A stretch of 64,000 nt of DNA from Raillietiella orientalis (Eukaryota): contig JAYWIR010000040.1 in assembly GCA_036172245.1 (NCBI GenBank), positions 1-64,000 on the forward strand, given 5' to 3'. The notes under the pieces are model-generated. The model did not search any database. It saw only the letters and a program-made list of their open reading frames with translations, and had not been told where the DNA came from. This document shows positions 50,501 to 64,000 of the stretch, piece after piece (position 1 is the stretch's first letter; each line of letters begins with the position of its first letter). A program made the translations under genes and the position numbers.

Positions 50501-53500
50501 GATAAAATCCTTCCTCGAGCAAACACTCTCGAGTTCTCTGGGATCTTTAGATTACCTGGCTTCGAAGATAGAAAGCCGAGATGCTGGAACTTCTGTGCAA
50601 GGAACCATGTGAGCTTAACCGGACTCATGTTGATTCCTTGCTGAAAACCATGCGAGTGGTTGCAACAGCTTTTGCTTTGAAGTGAGCAAAAGCAGGCAGC
50701 AGCAAACACCAAAGTTACTTTTCATGTACGCCAGTTCATTGCTACTGCATGAGGGACGCAGAGATTCCTCAATCGGGAAGCAGAGAGAAGTCAGCAGTCG
50801 GCTTGACTCACGGTCACCGGACAACTTTGACGCATGCCACGCATCTGCGTTCTCGGAGACTTAGCAGCCTCCGGTTGTAGCATCACAAAATTGTGGGTGC
50901 ACTCCTCCTTCACGGATCCAGCACCGTGTGGTTGCAATCTATACGTCGAACGTGGCGCGTTCCTCCAAACGAGAGAGCTCATGATGAAGCTCCACTGCTT
51001 AAGAGGGAAAATTTTCCACGTCACCACGCATGCGGCACGCAGCTGTGAGGTGCTCTCTCTCTCGATACAAACTCCACGGTAGAGCATTACGTCTTAAGAA
51101 GAAGAACCTTGCTCGGAAGCGAGCCCCCGAGGAGAAGGCGGGTCGCTCAATACGAATGCCATCGGTATCAGCTCAAAGGCAGCTGGGAATGGAAGGAAAC
51201 TTTGATGATTTGCGATACTGAAAAAAAGACTTGATGCAACATGAGGTGATCATGTGATACAGGCGAACACACCGCACGCTTTGCTGCTTTCCAGGCTAAC
51301 TGGGAATTATGAGTTAGTTTAGGTCATCTGGAACTTGGACTGAAAGCGAAGGAAGAGCTGATGCACGAATTCGAAGAGAGAAGGAAGCCTTTGGTCTTTC
51401 GTAAACTTCCTTTGAAAAGACCGACGCTGAAATCAAGAAAGACAGGAATCCTTACCATTGGAAGAGAAAAGCCAACGATGAAGCGTATACAAAAGTAGAA
51501 CGACCCGGATACCTTCTGTGCGAGTCACTGGCAACCCTGCATCAACTTTGTATACTTAAGAAGTGGAACAAAAGGCAGCAGAATACAGAAGGCTGGCAGC
51601 CTCGTGGACAGTGGTGCTCCGCGAACGCGTTCACGGCTCTGTTAAAGGGGATGCTCTGGATGGAGCCCAAGACGCTCTCGGAATAACCTGATTGGGACTC
51701 CTTGCAAGATTGAGGCTGCGTTTGAAAACCACCCCCTGCAGAAGTGCAGCACGGTGCTTTGTTAGGAAAAGTTCAAATAGGATACAGAAATGACGTTGCT
51801 GTGGAGTAAACTCAGCAGTGGCCCGGGCAATGTCTCCATGCACGTTGTGATTTCAGCGGCTGCGTCTCCTGCGGCAACCGGTTGGCGCGGGAACATGAAG
51901 CGCCTGTGACATTCCCTGTCAAGAGCATTGCCAGTGACTGACGTTTCTAGCTCTCAGGTGCGTTAGCTACTATTTCTCAATGCAATCCTGCAGAGCCGCA
52001 CTAGCGAGAGTTACGTGGTATCTTCTGCGGCGCGGGCGGGAGTGAGCGGGGCGACTGCTGGTTTGCATTGCCGTCAGAGGGACGTGAGCGAGCAAACCGC
52101 GGAGACGCAGAAGGACACTAGCCCGTTCGCTGGAACACCAGCTCATGCCAACGCCCACAAATGAACACAGAAGAAGAAGAAGAGGTGTCTAGAAATGAAA
52201 AGGAGTGCAAGTCGACAGTGTCTTTCTCCTCGTCCATCGTCTTCAGAAGCGAAGCATGTGCTGGCCGTAAGACGCGCAGCTTCAGTATGAAATAACCAAT
52301 TAGAAAGCAAGGACAACTGCAGAAGCTGATTCTGACCAGATACTGCGTGAAGCTGATGCAGCAGATACGGTGAGCTATGGGAGGCGTCCAAAAGTCTTCA
52401 CTCGCATTCGTGACGACCAGCTATCCGTTTGGGCAACCTGCCCGCCTGCGTGCATCTCATCCCTGAAGTCTGGATGTGTGCGCACGCGCGGGCGACGCAA
52501 GAGAACCGATGCTTCCAGATGCGTGCACCGTCCCCTCTGCAGCCGGTAGGGTTACGAAAAGACCACTGCGAAATGCGAGGTGCAAGAGGACCATCGAGCA
52601 GTTTTTGGAAGTGGCACCCAACAGCGATGGTGGCAAGGACCATTGCTCCTGAGGCACGCCAGCATCGGTCGTGGGTTTGCAATTGCTTCTGGTTTGCTGC
52701 GAAGGGGTCCACCTCGCCCCTTGCTCGTGAAGAGCACCATCATGAGCTTTGCCATGTTCGCAGCGAAACTGCGCCTACACTTTTCCTGAAGTGAAATCAA
52801 CGGCAAGCACCCGCGCCGACGAGCGGAGTGCATGGCCAGCATGGCCCCACGAATCTACCGTGCGGTAACCATTGGTGAACACGAGGCGGCTCCCAATCGT
52901 GGCATCTGCTATTTAGCAGCAACATGACAACTTCTCCCATACCGCGAAGGACAACCGAAGGTTCAGGACTGTTTTCTATACCACCCACAGATTTTTAGCA
53001 GCGACCACCCTTCATGCCGAACTTGCTGATCTTTCATACACTGAAGATGCTCATTCAAACTATGTTTCTTTCTTCCGCAGGCGCCCGTGTTTCGCGCTGT
53101 GACTTTTCCCGAGTCATGTCTTTCCCTTTTCTGAATAATTCTTTTGCATTTTCGACCATATACCCGACCTCCACTATTCCTATGGTGCTATGGTTTTTTT
53201 TAGCACGTTTCTGGCTGTTGCATCTTCACACACAAGACGAGTGGACGATTTTCTTTGCCTTTTATTGCTGCCATCTCGTTCCTTTCTTTTCTATCCCCTA
53301 CCGAAACTCCTTGATGTCCCTCGTTCCTCGCATGCCTGACACTCTTCTTTGTACATCGTTTGCGTGGCTCACAACGGAGGGAACCTGTTTTGGAGAACAA
53401 CCATGACTTGTCTGCCTTGTGAATGGGAGCCAACAGGGGAGGAACTCCTGTGATAAGAAACTCCTACTGGTAGGGATGAGCCACACACACCGGAAGCCAC

Positions 53501-54849
53501 TTCTCTATGCTGCACAGAAACCGAGAAGAAGTCGCGAACTCTACTTGGCGACTGCTTGCATTTTGGGCTGCGGCCAGAATCTCTAGGAGCGCGGAGCAGG
53601 GAACCCAGTCAGATTATGGGAATCGTCACCACTGAAGAGTCATCCCAATGCCTGCCGCTTCCCTTCCAAGAGGATTACTCGGAGACTGCTCTTCTTTCCT
53701 TTGCATGAACACCTCTGGCTCTCGGTGTCGCAGTTCCTTCCCCATGAAATGTCTCGCGATTTTACGAACTTGTGCATGAAATGAGAGACCGAGAGATAAT
53801 CGTGTCGTGAGAATGAGCATCGTTGCTAAAATTTCGCCTTCGTTCCCATGGCATCCTCTGGTAGTGCTTTTTGTTTCCAGTCTGGATTCCGAATTGACGA
53901 GAATGATTTCACACTCTTACGCAGAATCTGCAGAATCATCGATAATTGCACACAGTGTTTCGCTGTCCGCATTCTCTGTTGAAGTGTGCATCTTCGGACC
54001 GAGTTGGAACGTCTGCTCACACGTTCTAATTGGCTCTCTCAGAGGACGTTTTTCGTCAAGAAGAGCGAATTTTTCCCTTATCTTTCCATCGTTTATTTGC
54101 ACGGTGGCGTCCTTCCCTCTCACTCTGCTTTCCTCTGTGATGGTTTCCGTCAGTAAAAGGAAGCGAGGTAGCTAGAGAGGATGCTTTCCCTAATTGAAAA
54201 TTTCCACTTAGGTTCTTGCAAACGAAGTGCCGTTTTTTTTCATCTTACCTTTCGCTGTCAATCTTCCCTAGGCAGACATTTCGGCTCAGTTTTTTCTGAA
54301 ATGGCGAAGCAACGTTGCAATAGGCATATGTTTCTTGCAATTGCTCTGGCTTCTTCCTTCGGAATTTTCAGCTCCAAAGAATGCATTTCAGAAAATTTTC
54401 GATCTACCGATTATTCGAATACGAAATTTGATCTATTGCTAGAGTGTAACAACATCGTTTCGAGAGTCATCACCACTTGCACAGATGTCGCATAAAATTC
54501 ATTGAAGTACCTTCGAGTGGCGCCTTCCTTCCTCAATCGAGGATGGAAGCTCTTTTAAGAAAGATACCTGCGAACCTTGACAGCACCTGCGCAAAAGTAT
54601 CTCTGACCTGGCCCGAGCAACTGCCTAGAATAAATTCATTATATTATTTTATCTTGCCAATTGTCAGGGAGCGCATCTCAAGTCCCTAGATGAAACAGCA
54701 CCCAATTGTCATAGCTCGCCTCTAATCATCGTAATTAATGCATTTGACAATCTAATAGGCTCGGTGATACGTAATGGCTCAGTCCCTCTGCTACACTGTG
54801 CTATGCATTATTCGTGAAGATCAATTGAATCCATGTATTTAGGAAGAAA

Positions 54850-55520
54850 TCACCGACTCCGCAACTGAACTTGAGCCGTCCTTACTGTGGAGCAACTGTT
54901 ATGTGAATCAGTAGGGAGAATTTGGATTGTAAAAGAGAATTTCTCCACAAACATGCAGTAACGTTTTTCCGGAAAAAAGCAAAGGCATGAAAAAATGAAT
55001 GCTTTTCGTAGTCGCCTACCAGCAGGCTCCATGTGAGATGGGTGGAACGAGCAATAATTTTTTATGAGCCCCCATAGCATCACATTACTTCAGCACCAGG
55101 AGTTCACATAATTATCTGTGACCTGTGCGGCTCTTGTGATGCTTATTCTGGCACATTCCCTTTGAAGATATTTTTTGGAGAACGATGCTGCAAGCAAAAA
55201 CTCGACATTTCCAAGAGAACACATAATGACACGCAGTGCCCACGAAAAATGACAGTCGTGTCAGAGGGGAGAAAAGCTTCCGTTATTTTTTTTCCTTCAC
55301 TGAAATAAATCACTACCATCCGAGTGCGTTCCACATAAAAATTCGAGTCTGCAATTACAAAGTTTACTTCCCAGTTCTCTTCCAACGCAGTGATCATGTG
55401 AAGGAAGTTGCCTCCGTCTAGTAAGATCCACATCCACTGGGTTAAAGCCTGCAGCTTGCCATCCACGTAGTTTAATTGCTTCAGAACACCGCGATCAACT
55501 TTGCTACCTTGGATAGACAA
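54850..55520 (-). mobile_element. Possible Academ-like transposase remnant
   Basis: ILLDGGNFLH...VVIYF resembles the VIDGG.LLH...VVFD motif. Weak. Confidence 0.2.
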
Positions 55521-56604
55521 CTGGTTTCCACTGACGGTTCACAAGATATTTGATGTTAAAAAATGAAAGCAACAAGTGTTGCATTCATTTCGGATTCGTT
55601 GAACAGATTGAGCTCTTCATGTTTCTGTCTCTCTTGTTTCGTCGACACATTTCTCTTGGAGAAAAGAAAAGTGCTTCTGTTTACCAAAGTTGAATATTTG
55701 AGGCTTTTAGAAAATTCACCATGCCACAAACTTTGTCTCGTATTTCAAGTTAACAATTGACTTCTTGTTAGTTTTTGATTCGTATCTCAAACTAATGGAG
55801 CCCTCGCATAATCAAAGCATATGATTAGCACTTTGGTAGGACGACTCTCAGAACTGCCGCATCTCCGTGTGTCCCTCATAGATTTAGGTTTGCCTTCGCT
55901 GCAACGCACACAAGTTTACGACTGCTTGACAAAGATGGAACACACTTTCTGATTCTCGGATTTCTCTTGCTGCAGGAATTAAGCCATTGCGCACAAGCGA
56001 GGTGGTCTATAGTAGGAGTGTGACGCTCATTCACTCATACCCTAACGCAAGGTTTCTCTGATATTTCAAGTCTTTTCCACTTTTTTGCGATGCATACGTA
56101 ATCGCTCTTAATCCTAGCAGCATTCCTCAACAAATTGATCCTAGCAGCATTCCTCATATAAGCGTCATAAAACAACTGGGTTTTTAGAAGGAGGACGTCT
56201 GAAAAACATCGAATTTCTTTCCATCCAGATTCACCATTTCGTCATGTGTAACATACACTTTTCTCCGATGAGAAACGTTGAGCTCATGCTAGCTTTCCAA
56301 GAACTACGATGAAAACGACTCATAAAGGTCAGCATGATTATATCTGTACACATCTCGGAGATCCTATTGCTTGCCAATTGCAAGCGAAAGAAGTTAGCAA
56401 GTTTCTGCAAAGAGAAGTTAGAACTCGAGTGTGCGGCTTTCGAAAGAAAAGTCAATCTTTCAGGGCTAAGAAAAGTTTATCAGACAGAGAGACGTCTCAG
56501 AGACAGGATTTTGTGATTGCCCTGTAGGTGCCAAGTTCCTGCGAGTGCAGATTTGCAAATATTTTGAAAGGTGCGCGGAAAAGCAGCCACAGTCAAGAAC
56601 GAAT

Positions 56605-57251
56605 CAGTCAGTCAGCTGCCCTTCCCGTACTCTGGCCTTTCCTCAAGGGCGTTGCAGCTGCTCGCTTCAGCTTAGTGGCTGATTGACCATTCTCAAGGAG
56701 TGGAGCACTCGTGGCTTGCGCTCCAGCGAAACGCGATGCATCGCTTGCCTTCATTGTATAGAGGGATGTCAGCCGGTGTCTTCAAGAGGTATCTGAAGAT
56801 TCTTCGTGGCTGAGGTCAATCTCCCGGGAGTCAGATTCGTCTGACACATGCCTGCACTCCGATCAGGCGCCAGTATCATCGTCCCCTCACCTTGCCAAGT
56901 GGTCTCCACGAGCCTCCTGCACGTTCTACGAATGGCCAAAGCGGACGCACGCGTTTGGCATGAACGGTGAGAGAGCATTCCATGCTGGACGATCCTTTGC
57001 GGCGAGCGAGGTATGCCCAGAACATCCCATGTCCTGTCGTAGCTGCTATACCTCAGAGAAGAACAAGCCTTCTGTTGGCCAACGAAGCCTGGAGGCTCAG
57101 GTGGAACAGTAGCGGAGCAAGGCGAAGAAATGCGATGCAGCGACGAACCCGCGTGAGGAAAACGTTCGCACTGCGGCAGTGCACGCAGCCGCGGTGGAGG
57201 GGGTGCCCTTGCAGAAGTGTCACAAATAGTGCCTTCAAGGATGAGACCTCC
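56605..57251. repeat. 5S upstream flank repeat, diverged inverted copy 3
   Basis: Reverse-complement similarity to 22693-23342. Confidence 0.85.
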
Positions 57252-57369
57252 GTTCACGGCCACACCACGCTGAAAGCACCGTCTCTCGTTCGATCGGCGA
57301 AGTTAAGCAGCGTCGGGCCCGATCAGTACTTGGATGGGCGACCGCCTGGGAACCCCGGGTGCCGTGGAC
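57252..57369 (+). rRNA. 5S rRNA
   Basis: Same 118 nt sequence. T5 at 57376-57380. Confidence 0.95.
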
Positions 57370-57393
57370 CAATCCTTTTTGGCCACCTCTGAT

Positions 57394-58250
57394 GAAGATG
57401 CGCTTCTTTGAGGATAGTTGCAGGCGGAAGCGGCGCTGTTCCCTAATGCGATCTTCCTATTGGCCGTCTGCCTCTGTAGAGAGTCCTTGCCCGAGTCACC
57501 TACTGGAGAAGACTCGCGTGGGGATTCGTGTGTGATGCCAATCGTAAGTCTCAGTGGCTCCATCTGTCTAAGGATCAAAAGGGAATCCAATGACCCTCCT
57601 CCGATGTCCACCGTTCGCGGGGTCGTAGTGAGGAGAGCCTAGCTAGGAGGGGGAGCGCATCGGCAGAGAGCAGCCGCCCTCCGCTGAGTAAGGTGGGGAT
57701 GGTGATTGGGAAATGGGGGCGTGCCGGGCAAGGCGCTGCCGCAACCTGCAAGGGCTCTCCTACGAAGTCTGTTGAAAGGACGTCCCTCCCGTTAGTACAG
57801 CGCCGAAGGTGCTCCTCGCACCGCCACAGCCGACTGGACTCGTCACAAGAAGAGAGGTCGCCTATTCGCATCCCTGAGTTCCCCCTCCATTGCTTGTAGG
57901 ACCCCTTCGGAGTTGGTTCGAAAGCCCGAACGATCATTAACACGCATGCTGATTGCATGTTTACTGATATAGATATGGATATAAGTGTGTGTATATTTTT
58001 TCTCGAATGTACATTTTTTATACGTATGATGAGTATGTGTTAGGTGAATGCAGAAATGCCGGACTTCCGAGGATGAGAAGGAATGTTGACGACTGAAGGT
58101 GAAAACGAAGAAAGAAAAGAAGAAATGGAATGAGAATGGCAGGGATGAGTGTAAAAATCCAGAAAGTAGAAATTTGGTTGCATGGCAATTGGGACGGGTA
58201 CCTGTTTTATTTCAAAGGAAATGAAACTTTCCGAATATTCCATTTGTTGC
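57394..58250 (-). repeat. Block B, inverted copy of 24338-25305
   Basis: Reverse-complement identity. Confidence 0.9.
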
Positions 58251-59399
58251 CAACATTCCTGAGGTATCCGTCAGACTTTTTTGAATTTTTCAAATGGAAG
58301 AATTTTTTTTAAAGTCTCCGCAAAGTATTTACAGTGTGCCTTCCATGGATTGCTTTGATACAGAGTGTGCAAACCAGATAACCCCTTTGTATGAATCCAC
58401 ACTTGCACTGCAAACAAAGAATTGAGAACGCATCGTGGAATCGGAAGATGAGTTGGTAACTCTGGCTGCAGATTCGTGAGACGAGGCGTTCTTTCAGGTG
58501 GTATTCAAGGTTTCGGAAGTGCTAAAAACCGAACGCGGAATTCAGTAGGGGTCGCGATCGTTGTGGCTTGAGGGGATCACGTGGTCAGGTTGCCTTTCCG
58601 CCAAAGTGTAGTCAACGTTTGCTTTGTGTGGTAAAACACGTAGGCAGCTGTGCAATGAGCCCCCAGTGCATCGAAACAAGGATGAAAGAGATCGAAGACT
58701 GCTATGCCCTTTCCTTTGCTGCAATCCAGTGTTTCATGAAGACGACCTGTTTCTGCGTCGAAGCGCCAGCTGCCTCGTGGAAACTTCTTCCATCTATGGT
58801 TCTTCATAATCAGGCAAATATGAGGTGTGTGCATGACTGTGGAGAATGCTTGCCTTTCGAAGCCAGAATGTTTTTCCACTCCGGGAAACCCGGTCGCGTC
58901 GGTTAACTTAGTTGTGTTGGTCACTGTGTTCTTTGCAATCAGATTGCAATATGGATGGGTTGACTTGGATCAAGTGGTTCAGATGTGCCTTGATAATGGA
59001 GCTGATAGTCGCAAGAACAGCTTATGAGATTATAAGGCTGAAGCGTAACTGAAATGAACTGGAACCATTTCCGGACTTCAAGCCAAGTTATTGACCCTAT
59101 GATTTGTTTATTATTTACATGCTAGTTGAGAAACCCACTCTGTGTAGGCGTAGGGTGCTAAACATGGTTTGAAGTTCCTGATGAGCAGCTAAGATTGAAA
59201 ATACTTTATCTAGCAAAGTAGATCCAAGCGCATGTATGTCTGAAACCATATTTCAGTTTGAGCCTATTCTTATGAAATGCAGGAGTTTCCAAATCAATAT
59301 CGCAAAGATATAAAATCCGTGTCCGAAAAACATATATCTGAATTCTTAATGGAACTTGCTTGTTTAGGAAACAACTGCACGTTGTCACACTCATGATGT

Positions 59400-61250
59400 T
59401 TTCCCGATTAAAATGCTTTGGAATCTGTTAACAGGTCAATTATGATTCACGATGACAGTGATGAATAATGTCCGCATTAAATTGTTGGAAGCTGCACCAG
59501 TATGTGCTTTTGACCAGTATTGCTGATTAGTAATGACAACAAAATGGAATGTAGCTTTTCAATTATGAACTATCTCAAGTCTTTGAGTTTAGATTTAGAT
59601 TCATTATAAATGTTAAGTTGTTTTGTTTGCTAACTTTGTGCTGACTAGAAATCTTAATGTGTACATTGATTTGCAAAAATGTTTCTATCATGACATGGTG
59701 CTATGATACAAGATTTTATACAAACTTTGATTTTTTTTTTGAACATTTGAGGTTTCCATCAGATGCTTCTGTATGCTTTTCTGTGAGATTGCCTTAGAAA
59801 ATCTGCATCGTGTTGCTAGGCATTTGAACTTTGTTTCTCTGATCATGGAATTTGTCTCAAGACTTTATTGGCAAGTGTAGTGGAGCCATCCCATAGTTTT
59901 CACCATGTCTTCCTGGCATGTACTCATTTTATGCAAATATGTTTCTCATGTGGTATCTGGGGGCCTTTAATAGGTAAAGTTGCCACGAAAGGTTGATGTT
60001 CAAACTCGAAAAGTGCTTTTCCATTTTGAGAAGTGAATATTATGTGGTTACATTACGAGATTTCAAATGGTCAAGCCAACTGTCAGGGAAATGAAATTTG
60101 TAAATATGATATTTTGTGAACGGATCTGTTCTTATTTCTTAGATCAGAAGTAGAATAAAAGTCTTTTATGGAAAAAAACATGAGTTTGACAGCAAAATCC
60201 TTTGATCAGGCTTCATAAAAACTGAAGGATCTTCCTCAGTATAGGTGCTTCTTGCTGCATGATGAATCTGAACAAATTTATGTTTGAAATGCTTGTGAAC
60301 TTGGTTCAGTAGCCTTGAAATAGATTTCATTTCATGACATAGTATGGAAGCAAATGAACCAAAATACAACCAGACACTAATTAGAATAATGTTTTGGTCA
60401 GGGAAGGCATGTAGAGCATTGACTTGCAATTGGTGTAGTGAAGGACAAGAAAATATGGGTATAATGATTGAACTTATTTTGTGAAACAGCTGTATTACTT
60501 CATTTCTCATTCTGAAGTGTATTGCCTTTTTTGCTATGTACTTAAGCAAACTGACTATTTGCATTCTGAAAATTGCAGTTTTGCAAAACATGCATAAAAC
60601 GTGTTGGATGATGAGGATGCCAAATCATTTCTGATTAGAAAAGTTTGCCTTCTTAAAAAGTAGCAATTCCAGTCTTTCATTGTAAACATATGGGGACAAT
60701 AGTGAGATGGTCGTTTTAGTTCCAGGCTTGAAATTCAAACTATATCCATGAAGTCTTATCACCTTTTGCCATGCACAAGGCAGTTTGAGAAGCTCCAGGA
60801 TGGCAAAAAAGTTTACAAAATGTTCATCAGAGTTAGCGAAATGGTTAGTTGGAATGAGTATGCAACTGGGTGTGTTGAAAGATTTGCCCTTAGATTGTTG
60901 TGCGAACATCTACTTGCAATTAATGGATGGAAGTAGAGAATGTGAGCAAAACATTTTGTGAAGGGGAAATGTTTGACAGATGAATCAGCAGCTGTAATGT
61001 AAAACATGCTGGAAACCAAGATTGTTTCTGTGTGAGGTATCTAGCAATGCGTTCAGATTTACAGTAGGAAAATTTACCAAAGAGTAAACAGAATTTGCCA
61101 TGGAATTGATCCAATTCCATGATGGCGTGGATGAAATTATCAGACTGGCACCAGGGTCATCCTTTGCACTTCTCTTTCTTTGCAAGCATAAAGGTGGCAT
61201 ATGTTGGAACAGATTGACATCTGTTTTAAATGACTTGATTTCAAACATTC
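59400..61250 (+). mobile_element. Possible decayed MULE-like transposase
   Basis: AT-rich broken frames containing a SWIM-like GC......LLCEHLLA at about 60865-60920. Confidence 0.2.
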
Positions 61251-61356
61251 ACATTTATCTTGTGAGATGAGAAGATATGCAGAGAAAAGAATAAACTGTA
61301 AACATGTAAATAACTGTAAACATGGTCATTTTGAAAAAGGGGGGGGAAACATGGTC

Positions 61357-61358
<2 letters not shown>

Positions 61359-61412
<54 letters not shown>
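61359..61412. repeat. (GT)27 microsatellite
   Basis: Seen directly. Flanked by duplicated taaacatggtcattttga. Confidence 0.95.
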
Positions 61413-61415
<3 letters not shown>

Positions 61416-61567
61416 CATGGTCATTTTGAGGTAGAGGGATGAAGCTTGAATGTGCAGATGAACCCGGGGTTTCATACAGCGAACGTTTGATTCTTCGTGC
61501 AGTGATTCCCTACATATTGCAGTCTATGTAGGAAACATGCTGTGTGAATGATCTTATTCGACTGCAG

Positions 61568-63295
61568 TCATGTAACAAATCTGGACGAAGTTTTATCCCT
61601 CATTATTGCTTTGATCGCACTGCAGTCAGCAACGAGGTAACCGGCTTTCGCCAGCCGGCCGAGTCCTCTCTCTTGTAGGGCATTGCCTATCCCTGTCAGA
61701 GATTCGGCGTTATACACGTTGTAAGTGTACGCCGCTACGAAAACGGCCAGCTCGGCAAATTTCGTCCACCTGCCGAACGAAACTGCCGGGTTTCTCCGGG
61801 CGTCTCCTCTCCCGAGGGGGACATGATCGAAGCAGCCTACCGCCCCCTGGTGGCCGTAGTCCCTCATGCTTCTTCCAGCATGCTCCTCTATTTTGTACGT
61901 CTTTCTTAAGATATTGGGGGGCGGGCCCTGCCCGACCATGCTGGACACGTTTCCTGCCGCCCTTGTGAAGACCTCAACCTGTGGGGGATACTTTGATGTC
62001 AAGACCGAGGTCAGCATCTCCACCTCCGTCCAGTTGAGGCCTCCCGGTACCCGGGCTCCTAAGTACCTTATGAGCACTCCCTTCAGAGAAAGTGGGTAGC
62101 TCATAATTTGGCACAGACAGGCTTCCACAATCGTGTCCGCTTCCACCACAGTTGCTGGGATCCAGTTTTCCATGGTTGTTATGGTCAACACCTCGAGCGC
62201 TATTCCGGCTAACTCGATCTGCCGTTGTGCCGCAGAGGGTGTGACCACCACGATATTACGCACCTCATTGTGGAAGTCGATGAGGCCTGCATTGCGCAGG
62301 AACAAGTCCCTGTATTCCGTCTGGTCTCCTAACAGTAACTGGGCTCTTCTGCTGTTAAGTGTTCCAGGACAACCATCCCGGTATTCTCATTTCTAAGGTC
62401 CCACTCTTCCTCTGCTCTACCTGAAACGACCGGGATCAGTCCTCTCCTGTTCATCAGACATAGGTTCAGGTAGTGTGCGGAGATGGTCACTATCCTGAAC
62501 CCCCACTCATCGAAGGACCTGATGGGCAGGTAGACACGCCTCCAATCTTCAGCTTCAGCAAAGGCCTACTCAACCCCAGTTCGCTGGTTGAACCGATGTT
62601 CTCTCAGGTCGTCGTAGAGGGAAGCTTTTAACCCAAGCTCCCGCCAGTTCGCCACCTCCACGCCTGCCCCTTGATAAAGGGCCGCATAGAGCGCGGCTAT
62701 TTGGCTACGATACTGCCAAATCTGAGTTGGCAGCCTCGGGTTTAAGACGTTGGGTGCCCTTGTCATGTTTTCGGTTTGCTCTATTATCTCTGCTGTGTTC
62801 TCCGCCGCGATGACCCGCCCGTATCTGTGGCGGTGGTCATAGCCCACGGCGTACCAAAGAATCTCCTCACAGCCAGACTCTACAAGCTTTTTCTGCTTCC
62901 TATGGGGAAGACTGGCATCCAATGAGTATCTCAACAGGTCTGGGATCCCCCTAATCGCTCGGAGATACCTTTCCGTGAGCACACTTCCCGATGTGCCAGT
63001 TCCCCTATCGGCTACCGCAGTGAACCAAGCCTGTAGAACTCCCATGGGAGCTGTCATTGGTGGGCGTCTTCCTGTCTCCGACCTTTCGAGCGAATCCCAT
63101 TTTTCCTGCCCGATGGTCGTGTCTGGTGCCTCCAACGTACTGCACCTGATCAAGAGGGTGTGCAAGGTGCCTAACTGTGTCGGACACCTTGACCCCCAGA
63201 TCACCTCTCTGCTAATTTGCACCTCCTCCGCGGCTTGCTCATACCTACGGAGGAGTTCAGCTGCAAGTGCGTTGATGAACCCATGTGTATGTAAA
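61568..63295 (-). pseudogene. Putative endogenous viral element, ~575-codon disrupted ORF (toti-like capsid hypothesis)
   Basis: ORF 62566-63324 continues in frame past its TAG (AFAEAEDWRRVYLPIRSFDEWGFRIV...WDLRNENTGMVVLEHLTAEE), then shifts near 62340 into QLLLGDQTEYRDLFLRNAG (ORF 61568-62305). Intronless, more GC-rich than the flanks, and has no TE motifs. Confidence 0.5.
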
Positions 63296-64000
63296 TCAGT
63301 TTCCAGATTTGTTGTAATTTTCAACGTTGCGAGCTTTTGCTTCTGAATTTATTTTGAGTTGTGCCTGACACCATCCAGATCTAAGTTTAGAATCACTCAA
63401 TTTGCAAGCGTACTGATTGTTGTTATGTATACTGTGATTGCCTTTGAAACCAGCACAATAAACATTTCAAAACAGATGCTTTTTTCGTTAGATCAACAGC
63501 TAGCCACACGCACCCTGATAGGGTGGGACGTCATTGAAGTGTGGTTAATGAGCGCAGACACTTCTGTTTATTGTGAGCACGTTTTCCTGCAAGATAAAAG
63601 CCATCCCGAATTTTTTTTTCCTGTCGAGACGTCCGTTGTTGTGAGCTCTGTTTTCTTGTGCGCTACTAGGTAGCCACATAGTAAAGTATTATGCAGCCGA
63701 ACTGCGTTTTGAAATTTATGTTTGATTTTGTGATGTTTCCGATTGATAGTTCGAAATCGAAGCAGTACCCTTCAAACTGTATTGGGAACGGCTGCTGTGC
63801 ACTACTCCTCTGTATACGTTGTCTTCCTCATAGACAGCTCTGCATACTGTGTGCAAGGTAGCCAACTGAGGCAGTGGTGCCGGAAAGTTTTCTTACAGGA
63901 AATTATGTGACGGTAGAATTCACCAATGGCGGCAGACAGCAATTAGGAATATTGTTTGTTTTGTTACATCTGTTTGCTTGTTATCGTCATCGTCCTGAAT

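Noticed and set aside
60124..60135. U2 snRNA-like 12-mer atctgttcttat
   Set aside because: No flanking U2 similarity, so it is likely a chance match.

Overview
Repeat-dense eukaryotic DNA, probably from an invertebrate, with no recognisable spliced host gene. It contains four near-identical dispersed 5S rRNA genes plus degenerate copies, about ten mostly 5'-truncated L1/Tx1-clade LINE fragments, an RT-deleted NeSL/Utopia-like RLE retrotransposon with a poly(A) tail, and decayed DNA transposon remnants (pogo/Tigger; more tentatively Helitron, Academ and MULE). Three things stand out. (1) A ~2.5 kb AT-rich bacterial island (about 6680-9100) carries an intact pyrimidine-nucleoside/thymidine phosphorylase gene. 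Its upstream neighbours read open only if TGA=Trp (Mollicute code 4), which suggests a Mollicute-to-host insertion, or else a chimeric assembly. (2) A ~700 bp tRNA-headed SINE (two copies, one with an 11 bp TSD) has a body made of 10-12 related GC-rich bulged hairpins. (3) A ~1.7 kb intronless reading frame broken by one stop and one frameshift (61568-63295) looks like an endogenous RNA-virus gene, possibly a toti-like capsid. All family assignments come from motif recognition by eye; no searches were run.
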